64,000 nt of DNA from Cyanophyceae cyanobacterium (GTDB taxonomy: Bacteria > Cyanobacteriota > Cyanobacteriia > Cyanobacteriales > Laspinemataceae). The notes beneath the pieces were generated by a model. The model was given only the letters and a program-made list of their open reading frames with translations, ran no database searches and was not told the DNA's origin. The stretch lies in NCBI GenBank assembly GCA_038321985.1, contig JBBQFN010000007.1:32001-96000 (forward strand). Direction: 5' to 3'. Positions 63,789 to 64,000 of the stretch are shown one piece after another. How positions within the stretch are numbered: position 1 is the stretch's first letter; each line of letters starts with the position of its first letter. The translations under genes and the position numbers were made by a program.

Positions 63789-64000
63789 TTACCTCAACAA
63801 TCCTCCCCGAACTTTCCGTAACGATTCAATCGTGACGATCGCCTGTTGTGCCACTCTATCAATCTCCTCAATCGTATTAAATCGCCCGATACCAAATCGC
63901 ACGGAAGCAAATGCCAACTCCGGCGATCGCCCGATCGCCTCCAACACATGAGAAGGAGCAATTTTAGCCGCAGTACAAGCAGAACCTGAAGATACCGCCA
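63789..64000 (-). CDS. Cysteine desulfurase (IscS/NifS type), C-terminal part; gene runs off the window
   Basis: My translation of the minus strand: [23 protein letters not shown]...[11 protein letters not shown]...LR*; not in the ORF track. Confidence 0.9.
   Translation of the reverse strand, partial: AVSSGSACTAAKIAPSHVLEAIGRSPELAFASVRFGIGRFNTIEEIDRVAQQAIVTIESLRKVRGGLLR

Noticed and set aside
63766..63951. 61-aa plus-strand ORF
   Set aside because: Antisense shadow of the cysteine desulfurase C-terminus

Overview
64 kb of a filamentous cyanobacterial chromosome. HIP1 (GCGATCGC) is pervasive, and the 366-aa BLUF adenylyl cyclase closely resembles OaPAC, which suggests an Oscillatoria acuminata/Laspinema-like host. 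Most of the window is housekeeping: arfB, SNF2/SWIM pair, mrp/mnh cluster, metH, queD, glmS, psaC, hdrB-like, acpP-fabF-tkt, sucrose synthase, RTX/Calx-beta protein, def, crtH, the sRNA IsaR1, upp, aroE, PAC, neutral invertase, NhaP, sasA, a Cache-HAMP cyclase and a partial cysteine desulfurase. The main point of interest is a ~4.6 kb accessory patch between metH and queD (about 19.8-24.4 kb). It carries toxin-antitoxin modules and remnants around a stand-alone 499-aa reverse transcriptase (YADD). That RT has no recognisable group II intron ends, but it is directly preceded by ~320 nt of densely base-paired non-coding sequence: a multibranch 5' domain, several hairpins and a candidate pseudoknot with a U6 tract. 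This looks like an RT-ncRNA system of the defence-associated (DRT-like) type that I cannot assign to a described family. Secondary observations are a structured metH leader, two direct-repeat-flanked gene cassettes and several small repeat elements. All family assignments come from motif recognition; no database search was run.
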